In this document: piece after piece, positions 56,122 through 64,000 of the stretch | Position numbering within the stretch: position 1 is the stretch's first letter | Layout: each line of letters opens with the position of its first letter | NCBI GenBank assembly: GCA_963555825.3 | Contig: CAUVXB020000001.1 | Coordinates: 576,001 to 640,000 of the forward strand | Direction: 5' to 3' | Source: Alphaproteobacteria bacterium | Lineage (GTDB): Bacteria; Pseudomonadota; Alphaproteobacteria; JAAXGF01 | Length of the DNA stretch: 64,000 nt | Notes under the pieces: generated by a model | What the model saw: only the letters and a program-made list of their open reading frames with translations | What the model was told of the DNA's origin: nothing | Databases searched by the model: none | Position numbers and translations under genes: made by a program

Positions 56122-57763
56122 CCGACATTCCCCATATACCATCCAAATTCGTGGAAATCGTAGCACTTTCCCACCGCCAAGGGAACTGTATCCCCTATGC
56201 AGCCATCCGATGGCATGATTTTGGTAATCGGCCCGCGCTTGGAAGGCCACTCGGTCATTTTTCTCGCCATCCAGACACACCTCTCCTGTCGCTTTCTCCT
56301 CGCCGTCGATTCCCTCGGCCTACGCCGGAGCGGGTCTTCGTCGCAGATCATCAATCAAGCTCAGGATTTTCCGGAACAGGTCCCTCGGCACCGCCACCTC
56401 AGCCAATTGGAACGTAACGTAGCGGCCATGTCGGGCAACCTTGGCCCCGATCTTCACCAGCTTGTCGCGCAACGTCGTCATCGACCAGTGCTCCACCTCC
56501 TTCGGCAAAGCCAGTGTCCTCATGAAGTTGCCCAGATTGTAGGCCAGGGCGTGAAGCTGGAGCCGAACGGCATTGTTGCGGAACTTGCGACATGACAGAC
56601 GGGTCCAGTTGATGGCGTTCTTGCCTTCCTTGATGTGCTGCTCCGCCGTGCCACGGTGATTATAGAACGCCACCACCCGCTTGGTAGGGCGCGACAGATT
56701 AGTGACGATGAAACCGACGCGAGGAACCAGCTCGCCGGGGTGCCACTCCACTTTGGCCACGACACGGCGCTTCTTGTTCCACGATCCGGCCTGATAGCTG
56801 AAGCTGGCGTGGAAACGGCGAACATGGTCGGGCGGGCGACCGACAGGTCGCGTAAGCAGATGGGCAATGTTCCGCTGGAGAATCGCGTTCGCTTTGAGGC
56901 GGATGACGTAGAGTAATCCCTCGGCTTCGAGATATTCGTATATCTCCGGTGAGGCGAAGGCGGCATCGCCACGAAAATACAGCCGCACCTTCCTTTCCTT
57001 ATAGCGCATCACCACCGGCTCCAGAACATTCCGCCATCCGTCGGCACTGTGAACATTACCGGGGCGCAGGGAACATCTCTCCAAGTCGCCGAACTGGTTG
57101 AACAGGAATAGCGGATGGTAGCAGGTACAGCCGAAGTGACCATTGTACGCTGTTCCCTCTTGTTCGCCATGGGTCGGGCTGACGCTGCTGTCCATGTCGA
57201 GAATGATCATCTTCGGCGGATGGCGGTCATGAACCTTGTCGATCCACACCCCGTTCATGTCGACCAAGGCTTCAACGCTCTCGTCGGTGGCCAATAGCTC
57301 CGTCTCGAAGCGTCCCATCTGGCTGGTGGAAGCGGCCTGTCTTTCGATGGCCTTGCCGCCAACAATCCAGCGCATGGCGGGATCGCGTCCCAGACGGTCG
57401 GCGTCGTTCACATCGTCATAGCCGCCAAGGCGCCCGAAAACGGACTGGCGAAACTGACCCGTCATGCCGTGCCATCCGTTCTTGCCGGTACGGCTATCCT
57501 GGAAAACACCCTCGGCCATCTCAGTCAGGCCGAGGGCATCGTCAAGCTCCCGGTAGGCGAGCAACCCGGCATCAGAGGTGATCTTGGAACCGTGGAATTC
57601 AAGCTTCAATCGACGGTCAAAAACGACCCGAAGGCACCCCGGTTTCGATTCACCCATCGGGTGTGCCATATCCGCCGCTCCATGTATGCTACAACTTCAT
57701 GATTCTTATAGCAGAATCGCCTTCTCGCCGCACTGAATATCGACGATACTTGGGAAATGCGGG
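56122..57763 (-). mobile_element. IS1380-family insertion sequence, complete (1642 bp)
   Basis: Imperfect terminal repeats CCCGCATTTCCCA / CCGACATTCCCCA; 5-bp target duplication ATAAT (56117-21 and 57764-68). Confidence 0.93.
56320..57669 (-). CDS. IS1380-family transposase
   Basis: ITSDAGLL, ILDMDSS, YHPLF, RGDAAF, YNHRGTAEQHIKEGK. Confidence 0.94.
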   Translation of the reverse strand: MAHPMGESKPGCLRVVFDRRLKLEFHGSKITSDAGLLAYRELDDALGLTEMAEGVFQDSRTGKNGWHGMTGQFRQSVFGRLGGYDDVNDADRLGRDPAMRWIVGGKAIERQAASTSQMGRFETELLATDESVEALVDMNGVWIDKVHDRHPPKMIILDMDSSVSPTHGEQEGTAYNGHFGCTCYHPLFLFNQFGDLERCSLRPGNVHSADGWRNVLEPVVMRYKERKVRLYFRGDAAFASPEIYEYLEAEGLLYVIRLKANAILQRNIAHLLTRPVGRPPDHVRRFHASFSYQAGSWNKKRRVVAKVEWHPGELVPRVGFIVTNLSRPTKRVVAFYNHRGTAEQHIKEGKNAINWTRLSCRKFRNNAVRLQLHALAYNLGNFMRTLALPKEVEHWSMTTLRDKLVKIGAKVARHGRYVTFQLAEVAVPRDLFRKILSLIDDLRRRPAPA

Positions 57764-57879
57764 ATAATAAAATTGCTTAATATCAAATAGTTACCCAAAA
57801 GACGTGGCCCAGGCTCATGGCCTCGCCCGCATTATCGCGGTGCCAGACGCCGATACGACGGCCGGCAATGCCATGCGCG

Positions 57880-58320
57880 TTACGCTGGCTCGCGACGGGG
57901 CACCTTCACGACCGCTTCGCCCTCCAGGACGACGATGCCGGCCACTTTGCATATGCACGACAGCGCGACCCTCTGCCTCTCTTCGTTCAGCTCGGCGACC
58001 TCGACGATGGCGTCGATGGTATCGCCGATCTTGACCGGCGCGAGGAACCTCAGCGTCTGCGAGACATAGATGGCGCCCGGACCAGGCAACTGCGTGCCGA
58101 TGACCGCCGAGATCAGGCTGGCGGTGTACAGGCCATGAGCGATACGACCCTTGAACGGCGTATTCGCCGCAAAATGCTCCGAGAGATGGATCGGGTTCCG
58201 GTCACCCGTAATCTCGGCAAATCCCACGACATCCGACGACTTGACGGTCTTCGAGTAGATCGCGGTCATGCCCACGCTCATATCCTCGAAGTACAGGGTG
58301 CGGAGGGGCAGAAGGGTCAC
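57880..58320 (-). CDS. MaoC-family dehydratase / (R)-specific enoyl-CoA hydratase
   Basis: FAEITGDRNPIH, RIAHG, LPGPGAIY, FLAPVKIGD. Confidence 0.92.
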   Translation of the reverse strand: MTLLPLRTLYFEDMSVGMTAIYSKTVKSSDVVGFAEITGDRNPIHLSEHFAANTPFKGRIAHGLYTASLISAVIGTQLPGPGAIYVSQTLRFLAPVKIGDTIDAIVEVAELNEERQRVALSCICKVAGIVVLEGEAVVKVPRREPA

Positions 58321-58642
58321 GGTTGCCTCGTGTGGCTAGGCCAGAGTGTGATGTCTTGACATGTCGCGTCTTCCGACCCGACCGATCTTCGGTTCCGGCC
58401 GCCAGAGTAACCATCCGGACACCGAGCGGCAAATTCGATCTCGGTGACCCGGTCCTTTATGAGGCGCAATCTGGCCGACCCGGACTATCGGAGCGCCGGA
58501 CGCGAAGCCGAATGTTGGCGTCGATATCGTCGTTCGTCGTCAATCGAGCCGTACCGATTTGCCGAATGAGCCGGACAATGATCGGCATCCCAACTAAGGG
58601 TTGGCTGGCCGGGACGCGATTGGAACCGATCACCTAACCACC

Positions 58643-59584
58643 TCAGCCGCGGTCCCAGAACGGCTCGATTTCGAGGTAGTCCGTCCACACCGAGCGGAAA
58701 CGGACCAGCTCGCGCTCGGCGACGACCGACTGCTGGCGCTGAACCAACCCGGCCGCACGCGCCGCCGCGGCCGATTTTCCCTCGCGCGCCAGGCGACGTT
58801 CGAGCACATCGCCCAACTTGCGGCCCGTGTCGACGTCGTTCAACTTTCCCAACAGGTCCTGGATTTTGCGCAATTGGCCGATGTAGAGGACCACGATGTC
58901 CGATTGAAACAGACTGCGGAAGAATTCCGATGCATAACGCAGCTTCTTGACGTTGATTCTGGCCCCGTGGAGTTCCGCCGGGGTCATGGTGGAGGCATCG
59001 TCGACCGACTGGTGCAATCGCTTGGCGAACTTGTGCAACCTTCGCTTGGCCCAGGGCAAGGCCGGCGCGACAAGCATATCGTCATGCCCGGAATTGCCCC
59101 ATTCCCCGGTCTCGAGCCAAGCGTCGAATCGAAGCAGGAATTCGGTGTATTCGGGACGCGCAAGGGCGCGGCGCGCCTCGCAGTACACGCAATCACGAAG
59201 TGCAATGGCATGCCGCTTCAGCGCCGCCAACGCGGGATCATCGCCATGGGAGGCGATCAGGGGATCGAGCGTTCCGAACAAGAAGACATCCCAATCGCGT
59301 GCCGGCTCGATGGCGCCGTGCAGCCACCTGCATCTCTCTTTTAGGAGCGCTGCGGCCTCGGGTGCAACCGCCTTGCGAAACACGCCGGTCAGCGTGCGCA
59401 ATCGCCGAAGCGCGACGCGCATTTGGTGAACACCCTCCGGGTCGTCGGTGTCGATCACGACCGGTTGATTGGCGCGCAACTGATCGAGGCATGCCCGCGC
59501 CGCCACGACGAACGCATCGCCGACCGTTACCTGGCGGTCGAGGACAATGCGCCTTGCGCGAACCGGATATACGTCGTGATTCAC
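58643..59584 (-). CDS. Stand-alone CHAD-domain protein
   Basis: [45 protein letters not shown]; GTG start overlaps the lipB stop. Confidence 0.85.
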   Translation of the reverse strand: MNHDVYPVRARRIVLDRQVTVGDAFVVAARACLDQLRANQPVVIDTDDPEGVHQMRVALRRLRTLTGVFRKAVAPEAAALLKERCRWLHGAIEPARDWDVFLFGTLDPLIASHGDDPALAALKRHAIALRDCVYCEARRALARPEYTEFLLRFDAWLETGEWGNSGHDDMLVAPALPWAKRRLHKFAKRLHQSVDDASTMTPAELHGARINVKKLRYASEFFRSLFQSDIVVLYIGQLRKIQDLLGKLNDVDTGRKLGDVLERRLAREGKSAAAARAAGLVQRQQSVVAERELVRFRSVWTDYLEIEPFWDRG

Positions 59585-60267
59585 GTGCCGAAGACCGTGT
59601 CGAACGTCCGTCGCAGCGCCGCGTCGACATCGTCCATGGTCGCGCTGACGCCGAGGGCGGCGAGCGAGGTGACGCCGTGCTCGCGGATGCCGCATGGCAC
59701 GATGCCCCGGTAGTGGTCGAGCTCGGGCGCGACGTTGAGCGAGACGCCGTGATAGCTGACCCAGCGTCGGATGCGCACGCCGATCGCGGCGATCTTGGCC
59801 TCGCCCGTCCCGTCGCGGACCCAGACGCCGACGCGGTCGTCGCGCCGCTCGCCTTGGACACCGAACTCGGCGAGTGTCGCGATCAGCCAGGCCTCGAGCC
59901 GGTCGACATGGGCGCGCACGTCGGGTCCACGCGCCTTGAGATCGAGCATCACATAGGCGACCCGCTGGCCGGGCCCGTGGTAGGTGTATTCGCCGCCGCG
60001 CCCGGTCGGAAAGACCGGCAGATCGATCAGGCCGGTCAGGTCGTCGGGCCTGGCGCTGGTGCCGGCGGTGAAGAGCGCCGGATGTTCCAAGAGCCAGACC
60101 ATCTCGGGGATTTCGCCGGCGCGAATGCCGGCGACGCGCGCCTCCATCTCGGCGACCGCCCGCGGATAGGCGACCGGCGCGCGCTCGACGCGCCACTCGA
60201 CGGCATTTAGTGGCGTTGCAACGGGCGGCGGCGCTTGCAGTCGGGCGGTGGATTTGCTATCTCGCAT
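59581..60267 (-). CDS. lipB: Lipoyl(octanoyl) transferase
   Basis: [35 protein letters not shown]; start codon uncertain. Confidence 0.93.
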   Translation of the reverse strand: MRDSKSTARLQAPPPVATPLNAVEWRVERAPVAYPRAVAEMEARVAGIRAGEIPEMVWLLEHPALFTAGTSARPDDLTGLIDLPVFPTGRGGEYTYHGPGQRVAYVMLDLKARGPDVRAHVDRLEAWLIATLAEFGVQGERRDDRVGVWVRDGTGEAKIAAIGVRIRRWVSYHGVSLNVAPELDHYRGIVPCGIREHGVTSLAALGVSATMDDVDAALRRTFDTVFGT

Positions 60268-60283
60268 GTCCGACGAACATAGA

Positions 60284-60370
60284 GCGGTCGTGGCGGAATT
60301 GGTAGACGCGCAGCGTTGAGGGCGCTGTTCCCGCAAGGGAGTGGAAGTTCGAGTCTTCTCGACCGCACCA
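60284..60370 (+). tRNA. tRNA-Leu(GAG)
   Basis: GCGGTCG/CGACCGC stem, CAGCG-TTGAGGG-CGCTG anticodon arm, long variable arm, CCA end. Confidence 0.96.
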
Positions 60371-60374
60371 ATCG

Positions 60375-60408
60375 ATGAAAGCCGGCGAAATTCGCGGGCT
60401 TTCATTTT
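60375..60408 (+). terminator. Hairpin / probable terminator after tRNA-Leu
   Basis: ATGAAAGCCGGCGA-AAT-TCGCGGGCTTTCAT followed by TTT. Confidence 0.55.
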
Positions 60409-60500
60409 GCCCGCGAGTCGCCGGTTGCGAGCCGTCGTGGCTTTTCCCGGATGCCCGGCTATACTGGCGAAAACGCCAGGAACAAGCCGGGGAGAGCATC

Positions 60501-62813
60501 ATGTCGGACGAACTCAAGCAAGCGGCGCTCGACTATCACCAGTTTCCCAGGCCGGGCAAGCTGGAGATTCAGGCCACCAAGTCGCTGGCCAACCAGCGCG
60601 ATCTCGCGCTCGCCTATTCGCCGGGCGTCGCCGACGCCTGCATGGCGATCGTCGACGATGCGACGAACGCGTACAAATACACCGTGCGCGGCAACATGGT
60701 CGGGGTGATATCCAACGGCACCGCCGTGCTTGGGCTCGGTAACATCGGCGCGCTGGCGTCGAAGCCGGTCATGGAAGGCAAGGCGGTGCTGTTCAAGAAG
60801 TTCGCCGGCGTCGACGTCTTCGACATCGAGGTCAACGAGACCGACCCCGACAAGCTGATCGAGATCGTCGCCGCGCTCGAACCGACCTTCGGCGCGATCA
60901 ACCTCGAAGACATCAAGTCGCCCGAATGCTTCGTGATCGAGGAGAAGCTCAAGGCGCGCATGAGCATCCCGGTGTTCCACGATGACCAGCACGGCACGGC
61001 GATCTGCGTCAATGCGGCGGTTTACAACGGTCTGCGCATCGTCGGCAAGGAGCCGGGAGACTGCAAGGTGGTGTGCTCGGGCGCCGGCGCCGCGGCGCTC
61101 GCCGTGCTTGGCCTGTTGATCAATCTCGGCATTCGCAAGGAAAACATCCTGGTCAACGACCGCGACGGCATCGTCTACACAGGCCGTGCCGAGGGCATGG
61201 ACCCCTACAAGGAGCGCTTCGCCCGCGACACCGAAATCCGCACGCTCGACGAAGCCATCGAGGGCGCCGACATCTTCCTCGGCCTCTCGGCGCCCGGCGT
61301 GCTGACCGGCGACATGGTCAAGAAGATGGCCGAGCGGCCGCTGATCATGGCACTCGCCAACCCGGTACCCGAGATCATGCCCGAGATCGCGCGCGAGGCG
61401 CGGCCCGACGCGATCATCGCGACCGGGCGGTCCGACTATCCCAATCAGGTCAACAATGTCCTGTGTTTCCCGTTCATCTTCCGCGGCGCGCTCGACGTCG
61501 GCGCGACGCAGATCAACACCGAGATGAAGCTCGCCTGTGCGCGCGCCATCGCCGACGTCGCGATGGCCGAGACGTCGGACGTCGTCGCGCGCGCCTATGG
61601 CGACCAGAACCTGTCATTCGGGCCCGACTACATCCTGCCAACGCCGTTCGACCCACGGCTCATCGTCGAGGTCTCTTCCGCCGTCGCCAAGGCAGCGATG
61701 GACTCGGGCGTCGCGACGCGGCCGATCGACGACCTCGACGCCTATCGCCAGGAGCTGACCGGCTACGTCTTCCGCACCGGCTATGTCATGCGCACCGTGT
61801 TCGACGCCGCCAAGGTCGACGCCAAGCGCTTGGTCTATGCCGAGGGCGAGGCGCGGCGCGTGCTGCAGGCGGTGCAGATCGTCTGCGACGAGGGCATCGC
61901 CAAGCCGATCCTGATCGGCCGCAAGGCGGTGGTCGAGAGCCGGATCGAGAAGCTCGGCCTGCGCATCAAGCAGGACGTCGATTTCGAGCTGTGCGACCCG
62001 GAGAACGATCCGCGCTATCGCGAGTACTGGACCGAATACCACGGCATCATGATGCGCGACGGCGTCTCGCAGAACAAGGCGCGCACCGTATTGCGCACCA
62101 ACAATACGGTGATCGCCGCCCTGATGGTGCGTCGTGGCGAGGCCGACGCCATGCTTGCCGGGCCGAACGGCTCCTATGCCGACCACCTGCAGGACGTTTG
62201 CGACATAATCGGCCTGCGCGACGGTGTCTGCTCGTCGTCGGCGCTGCAGATGCTGGTGTTGGACCGGGGCATCTATTTCATGGCCGACACGCACGTCACG
62301 CGAAAGCCGAGCGTCGAGGAAATCGCCGAGAGCACCGTGATGGCGGCCGAGGAAGTGCGCCGCTTCGGCATCGAGCCCAAGGTGGCGCTGCTGTCGCATT
62401 CGAGCTTCGGCAGCACTGACGCGCCGGCGGCCAAGCGCATGCGCAAGGCGCTCGAGGTGGTGCGCGCGCTGGCGCCTGATCTCGAGATCGAGGGCGAGAT
62501 GGACGGCGCGGTCGCGATCAACGAAGCGCTTCGCAATAATTTGTTCCCCGACTCGCGGCTTACCGGCGAGGCCAACCTGCTGATCATGCCGTCGCTCGAT
62601 TCGGCGAACATCGCCTTCAATCTGGTCAGGCAGCTCGCCAACGGCATCTCGGTCGGGCCGATGCTGCTCGGCATCGCCAAGCCGGCCCATATCCTCAACG
62701 CGACGATCACCGTGCGCGGCACGGTCAACATGAGCGGGCTCGCCGTGATCGACGCCCAGGTGCACGCGAATGGCGGGCGGGATCAGGCCGGCGCGGCCGC
62801 CGGCGGGGACTGA
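60501..62813 (+). CDS. maeB: NADP-dependent malic enzyme with phosphotransacetylase-like domain
   Basis: [41 protein letters not shown]-like C-terminus (LSHSSFGS). Confidence 0.95.
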   Translation: MSDELKQAALDYHQFPRPGKLEIQATKSLANQRDLALAYSPGVADACMAIVDDATNAYKYTVRGNMVGVISNGTAVLGLGNIGALASKPVMEGKAVLFKKFAGVDVFDIEVNETDPDKLIEIVAALEPTFGAINLEDIKSPECFVIEEKLKARMSIPVFHDDQHGTAICVNAAVYNGLRIVGKEPGDCKVVCSGAGAAALAVLGLLINLGIRKENILVNDRDGIVYTGRAEGMDPYKERFARDTEIRTLDEAIEGADIFLGLSAPGVLTGDMVKKMAERPLIMALANPVPEIMPEIAREARPDAIIATGRSDYPNQVNNVLCFPFIFRGALDVGATQINTEMKLACARAIADVAMAETSDVVARAYGDQNLSFGPDYILPTPFDPRLIVEVSSAVAKAAMDSGVATRPIDDLDAYRQELTGYVFRTGYVMRTVFDAAKVDAKRLVYAEGEARRVLQAVQIVCDEGIAKPILIGRKAVVESRIEKLGLRIKQDVDFELCDPENDPRYREYWTEYHGIMMRDGVSQNKARTVLRTNNTVIAALMVRRGEADAMLAGPNGSYADHLQDVCDIIGLRDGVCSSSALQMLVLDRGIYFMADTHVTRKPSVEEIAESTVMAAEEVRRFGIEPKVALLSHSSFGSTDAPAAKRMRKALEVVRALAPDLEIEGEMDGAVAINEALRNNLFPDSRLTGEANLLIMPSLDSANIAFNLVRQLANGISVGPMLLGIAKPAHILNATITVRGTVNMSGLAVIDAQVHANGGRDQAGAAAGGD

Positions 62814-62826
62814 GTCCGCGGTCGGG

Positions 62827-64000
62827 GTGGGTGGCGCAAGCGAACCGACCCCGCCGCCGACCGCCGAGACGCCGCGGCCCGAACCCGACGCCCAGGACCT
62901 CTATGGCCTGACGCCCGAGCTGATCCGCGTTATCCGCGAGGCGTTGGAGGACGAGGATCTGGCGCGCGTCGAGGCGCTTGTCGTGCCGCTGCACGCGGCC
63001 GACATGGCCGACCTTCTCGAGATGGTCTCCGCCGACGAGCGGCGGTTGATCGTCGACGTCCTGCGTCCCGACTTCGATCCCGATATCCTCGCCGAGCTCG
63101 AAGAAGTCGTGCGCGACGAGATCGTCGGCCAGCTCGACACCCACGAGATCGCCGCCGCCTTCGCGCAGCTCGATTCGGACGATGCGCTTTACCTGATCGA
63201 GGACCTCGACGACGACGAACGGCGCGAGGTGCTCGACGCGGTGCCGGCCGCCGACCGCGCCTGGGCCGAGCAAAGCCTGTCCTACCCGGAGAGCAGCGCC
63301 GGACGCCTGATGCAGCGCGAGCTGGTGTCGATCCCGGCATACTGGACGGTCGGCCAGACGATCGACTATCTGCGCAGCGCCGAGGATCTGCCCGACGAGT
63401 TCTACGACCTCTACATCGTCGACTCGGATCACGTGCCGGCCGGCTACGTGCCGCTCAGCCGCGCCATGCGGACGCGCCGCCCGGTGCTGATGAGCGACAT
63501 CATGGATCCGGAGCCACGGGTCATCCAGGCCGACATGGACCAGGAAGACGTCGCCTACATGTTCGAGCAGTACGACCTGGTCTCGGCCCCGGTGGTCGGC
63601 GACTCGGGTCGGCTGATTGGCGTCATTACGGTCGACGACGTGGTCGAGGTGATCGGCGAAGAGGCCGAGGAGGACATCATGCGCCTCGGCGGCGTCATCG
63701 AGACCGACCTGCACGAGCCAGCCTGGCGGACGACGCGGCGGCGCTTCGTCTGGCTGCTGGTCAATCTGGCGACGGCGGTCCTCGCCTCGATGGTCATCGG
63801 CCTGTTCGACGCCTCGATCGAGCAGATGGTGGCGCTCGCCGTCTTGATGCCGATCGTTGCCTCGATGGGCGGCAACGCGGGGACCCAGACGCTGACCGTC
63901 ACCGTGCGCGCGCTCGCCACCAAGGACGTTACGCGGGCCAACGCGCTCCGCCTGATCGGTAAGGAAGGCGTCGTCGGCTTCGCCAACGGCATCCTCTTCG
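62827..64000 (+). CDS. mgtE: Magnesium transporter MgtE (runs off the window; absent from the ORF track)
   Basis: Hand translation: LHAADMADLLE, YPESSAGRLMQRE, CBS pair, WLLVNL, MPIVASMGGNAGTQTL; start at 62827 (GTG) or 62770 (ATG). Confidence 0.93.
   Translation, partial: MGGASEPTPPPTAETPRPEPDAQDLYGLTPELIRVIREALEDEDLARVEALVVPLHAADMADLLEMVSADERRLIVDVLRPDFDPDILAELEEVVRDEIVGQLDTHEIAAAFAQLDSDDALYLIEDLDDDERREVLDAVPAADRAWAEQSLSYPESSAGRLMQRELVSIPAYWTVGQTIDYLRSAEDLPDEFYDLYIVDSDHVPAGYVPLSRAMRTRRPVLMSDIMDPEPRVIQADMDQEDVAYMFEQYDLVSAPVVGDSGRLIGVITVDDVVEVIGEEAEEDIMRLGGVIETDLHEPAWRTTRRRFVWLLVNLATAVLASMVIGLFDASIEQMVALAVLMPIVASMGGNAGTQTLTVTVRALATKDVTRANALRLIGKEGVVGFANGILF

Noticed and set aside
58321-58642. 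MaoC-CHAD spacer as a riboswitch or small gene
   Set aside because: Only short weak ORFs, and no recognisable aptamer or strong structure by eye.
58643-60196. 517-aa ORF as a single fusion protein
   Set aside because: The first ~200 codons are an alternative frame of lipB; the credible start is the GTG at 59584.
60284-60370. tRNA-Leu as the integration site of the accessory block
   Set aside because: No integrase and no duplicated tRNA 3' end were seen, and the accessory DNA lies on the 5' side beyond lipB.

Overview
GC-rich alphaproteobacterial chromosome, probably Rhodospirillales-like (inferred from gene order and protein sequences). Positions 0.6-32.5 kb are the core transcription/translation supercluster: tRNA-Tyr/Gly-tuf-tRNA-Trp-secE-nusG-rplKAJL-rpoBC-rpsLG-fusA-tuf-S10-spc-secY-adk-rpsMK-rpoA-rplQ. 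Next come rarA, a cation/H+ antiporter, RluA, HAD, ATP12 and a propionyl-CoA carboxylase neighbourhood. An accessory block at about 44.9-58.3 kb holds two TPR-GT41 glycosyltransferase genes (a SPINDLY-like pseudogene and an intact OGT-like gene) and an IS hotspot (tandem IS630 dimer, IS21 nested in a split IS630, IS1380). The window ends with MaoC, CHAD, lipB, tRNA-Leu, maeB and a partial mgtE. The most unusual signal is a family of three 261-317 bp non-coding, highly structured MITE-like elements. They share a branched fold, show compensatory base changes between copies, and one carries a nested 42-bp palindrome. Also notable: a SPY-like/OGT-like GT41 pair with a shared N-terminal module, an antiporter in the slot usually held by crcB, and a small signal-peptide ORF cut off from its RBS by an IS. 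All coordinates and alignments were done by eye and no database searches were run.
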